DNA of 64,000 nt from an uncultured Pseudomonadota bacterium (GCA_949295995.1 CASFNK010000006.1:1124-65123); one strand, 5' to 3'. Positions 1-9,441 are shown, numbered from the stretch's first letter. A program made the numbers and translations. The notes: a model not told the origin generated them from the sequence alone.

Positions 1-601
1 TTTTTTGCAAATCTATCGGTTTGTTTTTTATAGTGTAAACATAATGGCACCTATCCCCATCTTTGCCTTGTATGCTCATAATATTATCCATATTAGAGAA
101 GACGAGTGTTTTTTCGTAAGGCAGACAAGCGATTAAGTTATCGCGTAAGTCTTTTGTATAATCGACATTAATAACCTTCATCTGACAAACTCCAGGGTCA
201 GAAATAAGAGATTTGACTGTAGAAGCTAATTGTGCTTTTGCTTCACTAAGAGAAATTTTTTCTTCTTCTCTAAAATCTTGAATGGCTTTTTGGTAAGCGG
301 CTAAATTTTCTTTATCGAAATCGCAACGATTGATAAAATGTCCCATTTGAGAGGTAGAGATGAATTCACACCGACATTTTTCACCAACCCACCCGATAAT
401 TTTATATTTAAAATCATAACTTAAGCCACTTGTTTCTTGGCTTTTTTCTTCAATCATCGGGGTACAATCTTTAATATTTCGAATAAAAGTGTCGGACATT
501 CTGACTAAATCAACTTGTCCGTTAAGGTCGGTATTAATTCTGTCTGCTCTTGCAGGTGTAACAAATGCAATCATCAGAAGAAGGGGTAAATAGTTTTTCA
601 T
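1..601 (-). CDS. hypothetical secreted protein; only the N-terminal ~200 codons are in the window (the ORF continues past the left edge)
   Basis: Absent from the supplied ORF track because there is no stop inside the window. The ATG at 601-599 is preceded by AAGGAG (614-609, 7-nt spacer). I read the frame by hand down to position 2 and found no stop. The product starts MKNYLPLLLMIAFVTPARADRINTDL..., a Sec-type signal peptide. No family recognised. Confidence 0.55.
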   Translation of the reverse strand, partial: MKNYLPLLLMIAFVTPARADRINTDLNGQVDLVRMSDTFIRNIKDCTPMIEEKSQETSGLSYDFKYKIIGWVGEKCRCEFISTSQMGHFINRCDFDKENLAAYQKAIQDFREEEKISLSEAKAQLASTVKSLISDPGVCQMKVINVDYTKDLRDNLIACLPYEKTLVFSNMDNIMSIQGKDGDRCHYVYTIKNKPIDLQK

Positions 602-705
602 GAGCCATCTCCTTTATTGCAATATATTTTATCATTTTAGAGTAAAAAGTTCAATTCTTATTCGTTTTTTTGTGGAAGAGAGAGAATGTAAAAGAAAATT
701 ACAAA

Positions 706-1170
706 CTATTTGTTGAGAGCTTCAATATTTAACAATTGAGATTTAAGATTTAACCCTCCGGCATATCCGACAAGTTTTCCGTTTGAGCCGATGACTCTGT
801 GGCAAGGAACAAAGATTGGAATAGGATTTTTGTTATTAGCCAAACCAACGGCACGATAAGCATGAGGAGAATTTATTTTTTCAGCAATTTCCTTATAAGA
901 CGCAGTTTCCCCATAAGGAATATCCAACAATGCGTGCCAAACTTTTTTTTGAAAGGTTGTTCCGAAAGGGTTAAGAGGGATATCAAAAACTTTTCTTTTT
1001 CCGACTAAATATTCTTGTAACTGCCGAAAAGCCTCATTGATGAGTGGTGTTCTTTTCATTATTTCTGGCGTCATAAAGTTTTGTTTTTGAAAACAGACAC
1101 GAGTAATGTTATTGTTTTCTTCCACAATAAAAATTTCGCCTAAAGCTGTTTGATTAGCCCAAAACAACAT
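706..1170 (-). CDS. ogt: methylated-DNA--protein-cysteine methyltransferase (O6-alkylguanine-DNA alkyltransferase)
   Basis: 154-aa ORF with the active-site motif PCHRV (IFVPCHRVIGSNGKLVGYAGG) and a typical size for the family. Confidence 0.9.
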   Translation of the reverse strand: MLFWANQTALGEIFIVEENNNITRVCFQKQNFMTPEIMKRTPLINEAFRQLQEYLVGKRKVFDIPLNPFGTTFQKKVWHALLDIPYGETASYKEIAEKINSPHAYRAVGLANNKNPIPIFVPCHRVIGSNGKLVGYAGGLNLKSQLLNIEALNK

Positions 1171-2379
1171 TTAGAAAAGATCTAAACCTCTCTCAATTTT
1201 AACTCTTTGCTGCTCAAGGATAGTACCCATATTTAATTTACCGCTTCGGAGCATTCCACGAACCTGACAAGCAGCATTTGTATCAGGATTAGCAAACAAA
1301 TAACTCACTTTAGCTTTTTTGGGAGCACCTTCCAAAATCTGGTGAATACAACCCAAAAATCCGTTAGCCACTAATTCGTATGCCATTTCCTCACTAATAC
1401 CGCTGGATGCGGCATATTTAACGAGTGCGTTTACGGCATCACTAACGTTATTTGCGTGAATTGTAGATAAAACCAAGTGTCCTGAAGTTGCAGCGCGTAA
1501 GGCTTCGCTAGCCACATCGGGAGAACGAATCTCCCCAAGATAAATGTAACGAGGCTTAGAGCGAAGAGCTGATTTAATACCTTCTTCCCATTTACCATCA
1601 GGAGGGGTCGTTTGTTTACAAAGTCCGAGCTCGGCCTCAGGCGTAACGTAAACACCGTCTAAAGGCATTTCAATCGGGTCTTCAATAGTGAAAGCATAAC
1701 CGCCTTTTTTTTGTAGATATTCTTTTAAGAGAGCAGCGATTGTTGTACTTTTACCCGAACCGGTAGCTCCGGCAAGTAAAATTAAACCACTACATCCGGC
1801 TAATGAAATTAAATGTTCATAAACGCGGTAAGGTAACCCTAAATCTTTTAAGTTTGGAACAGTTGTTGGCATTTTACGAGCACAATAGTTAACGCCTTCC
1901 AAAGCGATTGTCCGCTCCACACGATAATTTCTTCCTTTGTAGTTCAAAAGATAACTACGATTTTCCCCATCGTATGCTTTTTCTAATCCGGCTAAAAATT
2001 CATCAAAGTCATCAAAAGTAACAATTTTTAATCCACAATTAGTTCGTCCGCTCCAAATGTAACATTTTTTATCCGGAGTAACATAAACATCGGAAAATTT
2101 TACTTCATTTATCGGACCTGAACTATATTTGCAAACGAGAACATCTTCCGTATTCACTTTTGTCTTTTCTGTAATAGTTTTATCTTGAGCGGAAGAATTT
2201 GCTTGATTTCCGGTAGTATCTTTTGGAGAGTTAGATTCCGCAGAATGATTATTCTGTGCGGCAGAAGCCCCTGTTTGAGAAGATACTGTATTGGTAGAAG
2301 CCGAAGCAGGTTTAACGCCGGTCGCTGATACTTGTTTTAAAAGCTCCTCACTTGAATTTCCTGCAAGTCTAAAATTCAT
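1171..2379 (-). CDS. PilT/DotB-family secretion ATPase, orphan paralog with a low-complexity N-terminal extension
   Basis: Motifs: Walker A GATGSGKST, Asp box TIEDPIE, Walker B-like YIYLGEIRS, His box GHLVLSTIHA. It is clearly paralogous to 26042-27004 (YRVERTIALEGVNYCARKMP vs YRVERTVSIYGIQYCARKMP). The first ~80 aa are S/T/N/Q-rich. Its stop codon directly abuts the ogt start. Confidence 0.8.
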   Translation of the reverse strand: MNFRLAGNSSEELLKQVSATGVKPASASTNTVSSQTGASAAQNNHSAESNSPKDTTGNQANSSAQDKTITEKTKVNTEDVLVCKYSSGPINEVKFSDVYVTPDKKCYIWSGRTNCGLKIVTFDDFDEFLAGLEKAYDGENRSYLLNYKGRNYRVERTIALEGVNYCARKMPTTVPNLKDLGLPYRVYEHLISLAGCSGLILLAGATGSGKSTTIAALLKEYLQKKGGYAFTIEDPIEMPLDGVYVTPEAELGLCKQTTPPDGKWEEGIKSALRSKPRYIYLGEIRSPDVASEALRAATSGHLVLSTIHANNVSDAVNALVKYAASSGISEEMAYELVANGFLGCIHQILEGAPKKAKVSYLFANPDTNAACQVRGMLRSGKLNMGTILEQQRVKIERGLDLF

Positions 2380-2551
2380 TGTACCCTCACCATAAATTCC
2401 ATCAAATTTGTAATTAAATTAGAGACAACCCATACAAAATAGTATAAATAATATTTTCTTGAAATAGTGTTAATTTTTTTTGACAAATACAAATTAAAGC
2501 ATAAATATACGAATAAAATTAAGATATGAGCACAAAAGGCAAAGTCAAAAA

Positions 2552-2893
2552 ATGAGACAATTTTATCCGGTATTTTTACTAATAATTTCAAATATCTTTA
2601 TGACATTTGCATGGTATGGTCATCTAAAATTTAAGAGTACCTCTCTATGGCTTGTTATTTTAGCCAGTTGGGGCATAGCTTTTTTTGAGTATATATTTCA
2701 GGTACCGGCCAATCGTATCGGGCATGATTACTTTAGTGCGCCGCAATTAAAAATAATGCAAGAAGCCATCACCATAACAGTATTTTGCATATTTTCGATT
2801 CTATATTTAAAAGAGGACTTACGGTGGAATTATTTGGTTGGTTTTGGCCTAATTTTGTTGTCGGTATTTTTTGTATTTAAAAAGTGGGATTAA
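2552..2893 (+). CDS. small DMT-superfamily membrane protein (DUF486-like)
   Basis: 113 aa with 4 predicted TM helices. The N-terminus LLIISNIFMTFAWYGHLKF matches my recollection of the DUF486/DMT_6 family. Confidence 0.65.
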   Translation: MRQFYPVFLLIISNIFMTFAWYGHLKFKSTSLWLVILASWGIAFFEYIFQVPANRIGHDYFSAPQLKIMQEAITITVFCIFSILYLKEDLRWNYLVGFGLILLSVFFVFKKWD

Positions 2894-2910
2894 AGCCGAT
2901 AAAAAACAAA

Positions 2911-2937
2911 GCCCCGCATTTCTGCAGGGCTTTCTTG
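2911..2937. terminator. bidirectional rho-independent terminator
   Basis: Hairpin GCCCCGCA-tttc-TGCAGGGC (one mismatch) with a T-run on the plus strand (TTTCTTG) and a longer T-run on the minus strand (complement of AAAAAACAAA at 2901-2910). It lies between the DUF486 gene and tRNA-Ser. Confidence 0.6.
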
Positions 2938-2941
2938 TAAA

Positions 2942-3032
2942 TGGCGGATAGACAGGGATTCGAACCCTGGATACCCTTTAGGGGTATACACGATTTCCAA
3001 TCGTGCGCCTTCGACCACTCGGCCATCTATCC
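2942..3032 (-). tRNA. tRNA-Ser (anticodon GGA)
   Basis: The reverse complement folds by hand into a cloverleaf: acceptor GGATAGA/TCTATCC, anticodon arm CACGA-TTGGAAA-TCGTG, long variable arm, T-arm CAGGG-TTCGAAT-CCCTG, encoded CCA. Confidence 0.9.
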
Positions 3033-3112
3033 ACGAACGACACTATTCATACTGTCAAAAGTTGCGTTTGACAAGAGTTTTTTTACTTAATTTCAAAAAA
3101 GTCAGTATTTTT

Positions 3113-3727
3113 TTATTCTTTGGGCCAACCGATAGCCTGAGACACAATCACTTGTTGCTTATCATCAAGTTTGAGTTCTTTTGCTATAGCATCATGGTCA
3201 AAATAACCTCTGACGACATTATTTAGCCCTTTATCTGCACAATAAAGTCCGACGTTTTGATAAGCCGAACCGGCATGCATAGCGCTATACATTGGGTTTT
3301 CATTGGCTGACACATAAATCAAATCCAAAGCAGCGTCTTTAGCAAATTCTTGCGTAGCCATCAAAGCACGCAAATCTTTGTCGGAAACTTGAATAAGTTT
3401 GTGTGCTTTGGCATCATAAAGCCATACCCCGTCATATTTAAGCACATAGACGGATAAATCTTGGCTGTCGCGGGCGGTCGGAATGGTTCGCTTGCCATCC
3501 TGGCGATTGACACCAACCGCTGCCCACAGCATATCAGCCAAAGTTTGTTCATTAACGGCGCGTCTGCCGAATTCACGCGCAGTACGTCTTTCCTGCAGGC
3601 TTTGCATCAGGGTTTTGCCACCAATCATATTTGGCTTTGGCAAAGGCTGAATGACAGGTTCAGCATTTGCGGATGAAATTCCGAGAGCCAAAACACAAAC
3701 GGCAACCGTCAATGTTTTTTTATACAT
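3113..3727 (-). CDS. nitroreductase-family protein with an N-terminal signal peptide
   Basis: 204 aa. Signal peptide MYKKTLTVAVCVLALGISSANA. Nitroreductase-like LQERRTAREF motif and C-terminal SQAIGWP. Confidence 0.65.
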   Translation of the reverse strand: MYKKTLTVAVCVLALGISSANAEPVIQPLPKPNMIGGKTLMQSLQERRTAREFGRRAVNEQTLADMLWAAVGVNRQDGKRTIPTARDSQDLSVYVLKYDGVWLYDAKAHKLIQVSDKDLRALMATQEFAKDAALDLIYVSANENPMYSAMHAGSAYQNVGLYCADKGLNNVVRGYFDHDAIAKELKLDDKQQVIVSQAIGWPKE

Positions 3728-3894
3728 GTATAATCTCCTTTTAACTGGGGCTTAATAATCAATAAACTTAATATACTAATCATAATCTTAAAAAATACAT
3801 AATGATAGAAGGGGATGGGGAGTAATAATATCTTCAATTAATATAAGACCTCGGCTCCTGCCGTTATCTTTTTATGCTTTTGGGACTTCTGTCA

Positions 3895-6800
3895 TCAAAA
3901 GACATAGTTTAACCCAGCGGTAATTGCCAAATCTTGATAATCGCTTCCGGCAGTAGCGCGAGCGGTAGCATACAAGCTGAAGAATTTACTGATATCAGCA
4001 CTTCCACCAATTTCCAGACGAGCAAACGTACCGTCGTCTATTTCAGGAGTATTATCAAGTAAGTTGGTAATTGTAACATCACCACCCGAGACCGAATTAA
4101 AGAGAATGCTCGGTCTGATATAGGCTTTAGCATAGCCCTTATCCAGATTCCAGGTTTGTTCAAATTTCACACCTAAATCTGCTTCCAATGATGTGAGGGT
4201 ATCAAATTCAGCCGATTTACCATAAATATCTTTAGCATCATCATAGCTGATAGATGTAACATTAATAATGGCGCTCGGTTCAATATTAAAACTGTAATTA
4301 ACATTATAAATGTATCCGGCGGCAAGGCTCAAACCATATTCGGTTGCATCTGTATCTGAAGTAACATTATCTTTTGTTTTAATGTCTGCTTCTTGAATAC
4401 CGCCATAAACGGTAGCCAATGCCCAAGCATTTTGCCAGTTATAGCGATAGTAAACACCGCCCAAATAGCTGTCGATATCAATATCACTTCCATATCTGGC
4501 AAAGAAGTCCTCGGCTTCGCCGTCAAAATCATAATCACCTTGTCGATAAGAGGCAAAAATACCGATTCTATTATTGTTGTTGTTATAAATATCAATTCCT
4601 GCCTCACCGCCCATAATATCGGCATCATAATTAATAGAGCCTTCATTGGTAATTGAATGATAAATCGGCATAATCCAGAAATTGTAGTTATTATAAAAGT
4701 TTTCAATACCTTTTGAGTAATAGCGATAAGAAGGCGAATGCATAACACGGTTGTCAACCAGATTATTGTTACGCAGGTTGATTTTATTAATCACGTTATA
4801 AACCACGCTTCTTGTTTGCTCCAAAGCCGCATGAGGCAACCCCATATAGGCTAAGACTTCAGAATAAACCCCTATTTTTCCGCCGATATTAGCCATACCC
4901 ATATACCAGTTATTTCCTTCATTATATGTATCCCAAAGGTAAGGGCTGGAATTTACCCTCCAAATGGTAAAGTTTGCGGCAGTAGAAGCGTCATCATTAG
5001 GAGCTTCCAAGAACAGAATTTTTTCACTTGTTTTAGCTATGGAAGTAAGTTGAATATTGAGTTCGGAAGTTCCTTTGACATCGCCGTTAACCACCAATTT
5101 GTCGGAAATATTATTCTCTGTATCAACTTTTAACGTAATGGATGAATTACTTTGACCGACATAATTTCCGGCAATAGTCGTTGTGTTATCTTTTTCATCG
5201 GCCAAACTACCGGCACTGACCATATTTAAGTCGCCGGCATTAACGACCGAACCAAGAATATTTACATTTTCAACTTCGGATGTATCAAGAACTGAACCTT
5301 GGTTAATTCTAATTTCGCTGGCTGTGCTGTCCATATTGACATCACCGGCCAAAGATACGTTTGCGGTTCCGTTTTTTCCGCCGATATTGATGCTGTCCCA
5401 ACCATTAACGGTTGTTGACCCATTTACACCGTCAGAAGAAATCTTGAAACTGCCATCAGCAAAGGTAAGATTTTTACCGGCGGTAGTGGCTTCAAGAGTA
5501 TTTCCAAAAGCAGCATTTACACCTTTAACAATGACTAAAGATGAAATATTGGCGTCATTGAACAGATTATCATAATCATAAGTTCCGGCTAAAGTAGCAT
5601 TTTGTGAAATGGCAACCGTTCCATTAAGATTTGTTCCATCAGCCAAAGCTAAATTAGAAGAGCCCAGAGCTTCTAAATTATTTAAACTAGCACCATTTTC
5701 AGAGTTCAAAGTACCACCGTTAACAACCGTATCATAAGCATCACCGCCATTTTTAACCAACATTGTGCCGTTTGCGTTAACAGTAGAGTTGAAAACCATG
5801 CCACCAGAATTAACATCTAAACCTTGGCTACCACCATTACCGCTTGAGTTAACAATCGTATCCAAAGCCACGCCGTCAACAATCATGGAACTGTTTTCAT
5901 TTAAGGTGGTGTTAAGCGAATTTCCTCCGGTCTCAATAGTAATATTACCGGAATCATTAGCAATAGTGTTTGAAATTATACCGCCGTTTTGAACTTCAAC
6001 CAGACCACTATCTTGGATAATGGTATTATTTAATCGACCGTTATCCAGCACATCAAGTTGACTTTCTCCGCCGACAATAATTCCATCTCCGACACCGCTA
6101 TTAAAGAGAGTATTATAGTGTTTTCCGTAAAGATTAGCATCAACAACGTCGCTATCCGTAGTCAGGTGATAAGACCCTTGGTCATTCACCGTCAAGCCAC
6201 GAACCGACGCATTTGATTGTGATGCATCAATCAAACCACCCTCGTTGACAACAACAATATCGGCATTAGCACTACCCTCAAGGGTCAAGGTGCCACCGGA
6301 ATTAATTGTTGTATCTGTAACTATAGAAGCATCTTGGGCGATGATTTCGCCGCCATTATTAACAATAGAGGTTTGAGCTAGGCCACCTCCGGTAACATTC
6401 ATCACGCCGCCATCAAGAGTGGTTAGGGAAGCGTTTCCTCCGTCATTAACATTAAGAGTCCCCCCGTTAACAGTTGTATTTGTCGCACTTCCGCCTTGAT
6501 TAACGTTGACGGTTCCATTATTGAGTGTAGTGCTATCCGCCAAGCCGCCGGCATTTATATTCATAACGCCAGTTGAGTTTACTTGGGTAGTATTTGCAAC
6601 ACCACCCGTTTCTACATTTAGAGTACCTGAGTTGATAGTAGTATCATTGACAGTAGAAACCATACCTTCATTTTCACCATCAGGAAGGGGAATAGTGTCT
6701 CCACTATCTGTACCATCTCCGCTTGTCGGTTGATCATAACGAACTTCAACGGTTCCGCCATTAATAAGAGTAAGATCTGCCGTTGCACCGCCTTTCACCA

Positions 6801-7305
6801 GCATAGTACCGCCGGTATTGACTTGTGTTGTCGTGGCAATACCGGTACCGCTAACTTCAAAACCTTGATAAGTATTTTCACCGATTTGGCCACCCGAGGA
6901 GTTGACAATTGTGCCGACAGTATTTCCTTCGCTTATCATAGAGCCGGAATTAATGGTTGTTGTTGTTGCGTTACCTCCGTTAGTTACAGTTACAAGGCCT
7001 CCTTCAATAGTTGTTTCTTGAGCTTCACCCGAATCATTAATAATAACGTTACCGCCGGTATTAACGGTCGTTTCATTTGCGAGACCGCCGTTATTAATAG
7101 TCATCACTCCGGTATCACCGACAGTATTATTATTTGCGATACCAGTATCATTGATAATCATTTCACCGTTATTATCAATTGTCTGAAAATCGCACATATC
7201 GCCCGGACAAGAGATGATGACCGGATCAGCGGCAAAGGCTAAAGAATTGCATAAAGCAACGGCTATAAGAAGGCTAAATGAAAAGATAGAAAATTGTTTC
7301 GTCAT
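3895..7305 (-). CDS. autotransporter (type Va) outer-membrane protein with a beta-helical repeat passenger
   Basis: 1136 aa. Signal peptide (...LAFAADP). About 800 aa of degenerate ~20-aa repeats of the form T-x-[IV]-N-x-G-G-x-x-x-[IV]. The C-terminal ~280 aa alternate aromatic and polar residues like a beta-barrel domain and end ...GLNYVF. Confidence 0.85.
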   Translation of the reverse strand: MTKQFSIFSFSLLIAVALCNSLAFAADPVIISCPGDMCDFQTIDNNGEMIINDTGIANNNTVGDTGVMTINNGGLANETTVNTGGNVIINDSGEAQETTIEGGLVTVTNGGNATTTTINSGSMISEGNTVGTIVNSSGGQIGENTYQGFEVSGTGIATTTQVNTGGTMLVKGGATADLTLINGGTVEVRYDQPTSGDGTDSGDTIPLPDGENEGMVSTVNDTTINSGTLNVETGGVANTTQVNSTGVMNINAGGLADSTTLNNGTVNVNQGGSATNTTVNGGTLNVNDGGNASLTTLDGGVMNVTGGGLAQTSIVNNGGEIIAQDASIVTDTTINSGGTLTLEGSANADIVVVNEGGLIDASQSNASVRGLTVNDQGSYHLTTDSDVVDANLYGKHYNTLFNSGVGDGIIVGGESQLDVLDNGRLNNTIIQDSGLVEVQNGGIISNTIANDSGNITIETGGNSLNTTLNENSSMIVDGVALDTIVNSSGNGGSQGLDVNSGGMVFNSTVNANGTMLVKNGGDAYDTVVNGGTLNSENGASLNNLEALGSSNLALADGTNLNGTVAISQNATLAGTYDYDNLFNDANISSLVIVKGVNAAFGNTLEATTAGKNLTFADGSFKISSDGVNGSTTVNGWDSINIGGKNGTANVSLAGDVNMDSTASEIRINQGSVLDTSEVENVNILGSVVNAGDLNMVSAGSLADEKDNTTTIAGNYVGQSNSSITLKVDTENNISDKLVVNGDVKGTSELNIQLTSIAKTSEKILFLEAPNDDASTAANFTIWRVNSSPYLWDTYNEGNNWYMGMANIGGKIGVYSEVLAYMGLPHAALEQTRSVVYNVINKINLRNNNLVDNRVMHSPSYRYYSKGIENFYNNYNFWIMPIYHSITNEGSINYDADIMGGEAGIDIYNNNNNRIGIFASYRQGDYDFDGEAEDFFARYGSDIDIDSYLGGVYYRYNWQNAWALATVYGGIQEADIKTKDNVTSDTDATEYGLSLAAGYIYNVNYSFNIEPSAIINVTSISYDDAKDIYGKSAEFDTLTSLEADLGVKFEQTWNLDKGYAKAYIRPSILFNSVSGGDVTITNLLDNTPEIDDGTFARLEIGGSADISKFFSLYATARATAGSDYQDLAITAGLNYVF

Positions 7306-7371
7306 AGTTTAGGCCTTGTTGCATAAGAACTCCGTACTGGAGAACTTGTGGAAGATAAATCGATTTGCCCC

Positions 7372-7542
7372 GATTCTATCTTTGTAATTATTAACAAAAT
7401 ATTATGCCGATTCTTTTCTTCGCTTCTTCGATTCGTTCAAAGCCTTATCCAGATTCGCATTGAGTCCAATTAAAAAAATTTTTTCGATTCGCTTAAAATA
7501 AAAGTTAATTTTTCTCCGAATCGCAAAGCTGTTATCCGAATC
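7372..7542. promoter_or_regulatory. cluster of 8 GANTC motifs (CGATTCG-type units in both orientations) upstream of the autotransporter gene
   Basis: GATTC at 7372, 7409, 7430, 7452 and 7486; GAGTC at 7462; GAATC at 7518 and 7538. The unit CCGAATCGCAAA is repeated at 7515 and 7535, and TTCGATTCG at 7428 and 7484. Confidence 0.5.
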
Positions 7543-7544
7543 GC

Positions 7545-7580
7545 AAAAAAACACCCTCCGGCAAACCGAAGGGTGTTTTT
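7545..7580 (-). terminator. rho-independent terminator downstream of rpsA
   Basis: Hairpin CACCCTCCGG-caaa-CCGAAGGGTG (one mismatch) at 7552-7575, flanked by an A-run (7545-7551) that is a T-run on the minus strand. It lies 18 nt beyond the rpsA stop. Confidence 0.75.
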
Positions 7581-7597
7581 GAAAACAGCTCTAAAAA

Positions 7598-9283
7598 TTA
7601 AGCGTTTTTCTTCAAAGCTTCGCCTAAAGCATCACCAAGGCTGGAACCACTGGAAGATGTAGAAGAATATTCTTCCAAAGCTTTCTTTTCTTCATCAATC
7701 TCTAAGGCTTTAACAGACAAGCCGAGCTTGTTGTTTTTCTTATCGACAGAAGTAACTTTAGCTTCCAAAACATCACCTTCTTTGAAGTTTTCAGGATTTT
7801 GGTTAGCTTTTTCTTTAGATAAATCAGCTTTTTTAATCATAGCGCTAATGCCGTTAACTTCAACATTAACACCTTTGTCTTCAATGCTGACAACGGTAGC
7901 TTTAACAACATCGCCTTTCTTGATTTCTTCTAAAGCGGCGGCAACGTTATTTTCAGATAATTGCTTAATACCGAGGCTGATGCGTTCTTTTTCAACATCA
8001 ACATCAATAATTTTAGCTTGAATATCTTGCCCTTTAACGTAGTCTTTAACAGCTTCTTCACCGGATTTATCCCAAGAGATATCAGAGAGATGAATCATGC
8101 CGTCGATTTCATCAGACAAACCAACAAACAAACCGAATTCGGTAATATTTTTGATTTTGCCTTCAATGATTGAGCCGACCGGATGCTCTTCAACATAAGC
8201 AGCCCAAGGATTTGGAGTACATTGTTTGATACCGAGGCTGATACGTCTTTTATCTTGATCCACTTCCAAAACCTTAACTTCAACTTCTTGAGAAGTAGAA
8301 ACGATTTTACCGGGATGAACATTTTTACGAGTCCAGCTCATTTCGGAAACGTGAACCAAACCTTCGATACCGTCTTCGAGTTCAACGAAAGCGCCGTAAT
8401 CGGTAATATTAGTAACTTTACCTTTGTAGATTTCGCCGACTTGGAATTTATCGGCAACAGCTTGCCAAGGGTCGCTTTCGAGTTGTTTCATACCCAAAGA
8501 GATGCGTTGGTTATCTTCATTGAATTTGATAACTTGAACTTTAACGGTTTGACCAACAGAAAGAACTTCGCTTGGGTGGTTAATACGTTTCCAAGAAATA
8601 TCGGTAACGTGGAGCAAGCCGTCAACACCGCCCAAATCAATAAATGCACCGTAATCGGTAATATTTTTAACAACACCTTCGAGGATAGAACCTTCTTTTA
8701 AGGTATCGATTAATTCAGCGCGAGCTTCAGCTCTGGTTTCTTCCAAAACGACGCGGCGAGAAACAACGATATTTCCTCTAACCTTATCCATTTTCAAGAT
8801 TTGGAACGGTTGAGAAATACCCATTAACGGAGTAATGTCGCGAATTGGGCGAATATCAATTTGAGAACCCGGCAAGAAAGCGATAGCGCCGTTGAGGTCA
8901 ACGGTAAATCCGCCTTTAACTCTTCCGAAGATAACACCGTTAACTCTTTCACCGGCGTTAAGAGATTTTTCAAGATCTTGCCAAACTTCTTCACGGCGAG
9001 CCTTTTCGCGAGAAAGAACGATTTGACCGTCTTTGTCTTCATAGCGGTCAACATAAACTTCAACTTTGTCGCCGGCTTTGAGTTCAGCGTTTTGACCGAA
9101 TTCACGCAAAGGAATGCGACCTTCAGATTTAAGACCGACATCAACCAAAGCAAAGTCAGGAGTAACGCGAACGATAGTTCCTTTAACCACGGAACCGGTG
9201 AGACCATTTTCACCGAATTGCTCGTTTAAGAGAGCTTCGAAGTTTTCGTTGGTTTCAGGAATTTGGAATTCAGTATTTGTCAT
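7598..9283 (-). CDS. rpsA: 30S ribosomal protein S1
   Basis: Six S1 (OB-fold) repeats, e.g. GxVxxITDYGAFIDLGGVDGLLHVTDISW. I moved the start to the ATG at 9283 (MTNTEFQIPETNENFEALLNEQF). The 27-codon upstream extension in the ORF track looks non-coding. Confidence 0.93.
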   Translation of the reverse strand: MTNTEFQIPETNENFEALLNEQFGENGLTGSVVKGTIVRVTPDFALVDVGLKSEGRIPLREFGQNAELKAGDKVEVYVDRYEDKDGQIVLSREKARREEVWQDLEKSLNAGERVNGVIFGRVKGGFTVDLNGAIAFLPGSQIDIRPIRDITPLMGISQPFQILKMDKVRGNIVVSRRVVLEETRAEARAELIDTLKEGSILEGVVKNITDYGAFIDLGGVDGLLHVTDISWKRINHPSEVLSVGQTVKVQVIKFNEDNQRISLGMKQLESDPWQAVADKFQVGEIYKGKVTNITDYGAFVELEDGIEGLVHVSEMSWTRKNVHPGKIVSTSQEVEVKVLEVDQDKRRISLGIKQCTPNPWAAYVEEHPVGSIIEGKIKNITEFGLFVGLSDEIDGMIHLSDISWDKSGEEAVKDYVKGQDIQAKIIDVDVEKERISLGIKQLSENNVAAALEEIKKGDVVKATVVSIEDKGVNVEVNGISAMIKKADLSKEKANQNPENFKEGDVLEAKVTSVDKKNNKLGLSVKALEIDEEKKALEEYSSTSSSGSSLGDALGEALKKNA

Positions 9284-9441
9284 ATAAAATTTAATTTCAA
9301 AAAAATGCCGATTTCTAAATAAAGAAACGGACTTGTGCGAGTTAAATCGATAGGCCATGCGCACCCATAGACCTAAAGTTAGGACATTTATACAATTAAA
9401 ATTTAAAATTTCAAGTATTTTCTTTGTGTTAAGGCTGATTT

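Noticed and set aside
2376-2591. 71-aa minus-strand ORF in the AT-rich spacer upstream of the PilT-like paralog
   Set aside because: It lies in a promoter-like AT-rich intergenic region and overlaps the start of the DUF486 gene. Its hydrophobic, low-complexity product is typical of AT-rich noise.
4329-7242. Several 65-170-aa ORFs on both strands within the autotransporter gene (e.g. 4329-4757, 5183-5575, 6730-7242)
   Set aside because: These are shadow frames of a long repetitive gene. The 1136-aa frame has a signal peptide, passenger repeats and a beta-barrel end, which explains the whole interval.
7728-9229. Multiple 60-170-aa ORFs overlapping rpsA on both strands
   Set aside because: rpsA is unambiguous (six S1 domains). 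The overlapping frames have low-complexity, improbable compositions.
9284-9364. 27-codon N-terminal extension of rpsA in the ORF track (MRMAYRFNSHKSVSLFRNRHFFEIKFY)
   Set aside because: It is unlike S1 N-termini. The internal ATG at 9283 gives a typical start (MTNTEFQIPET...), so the extension is probably 5' UTR.
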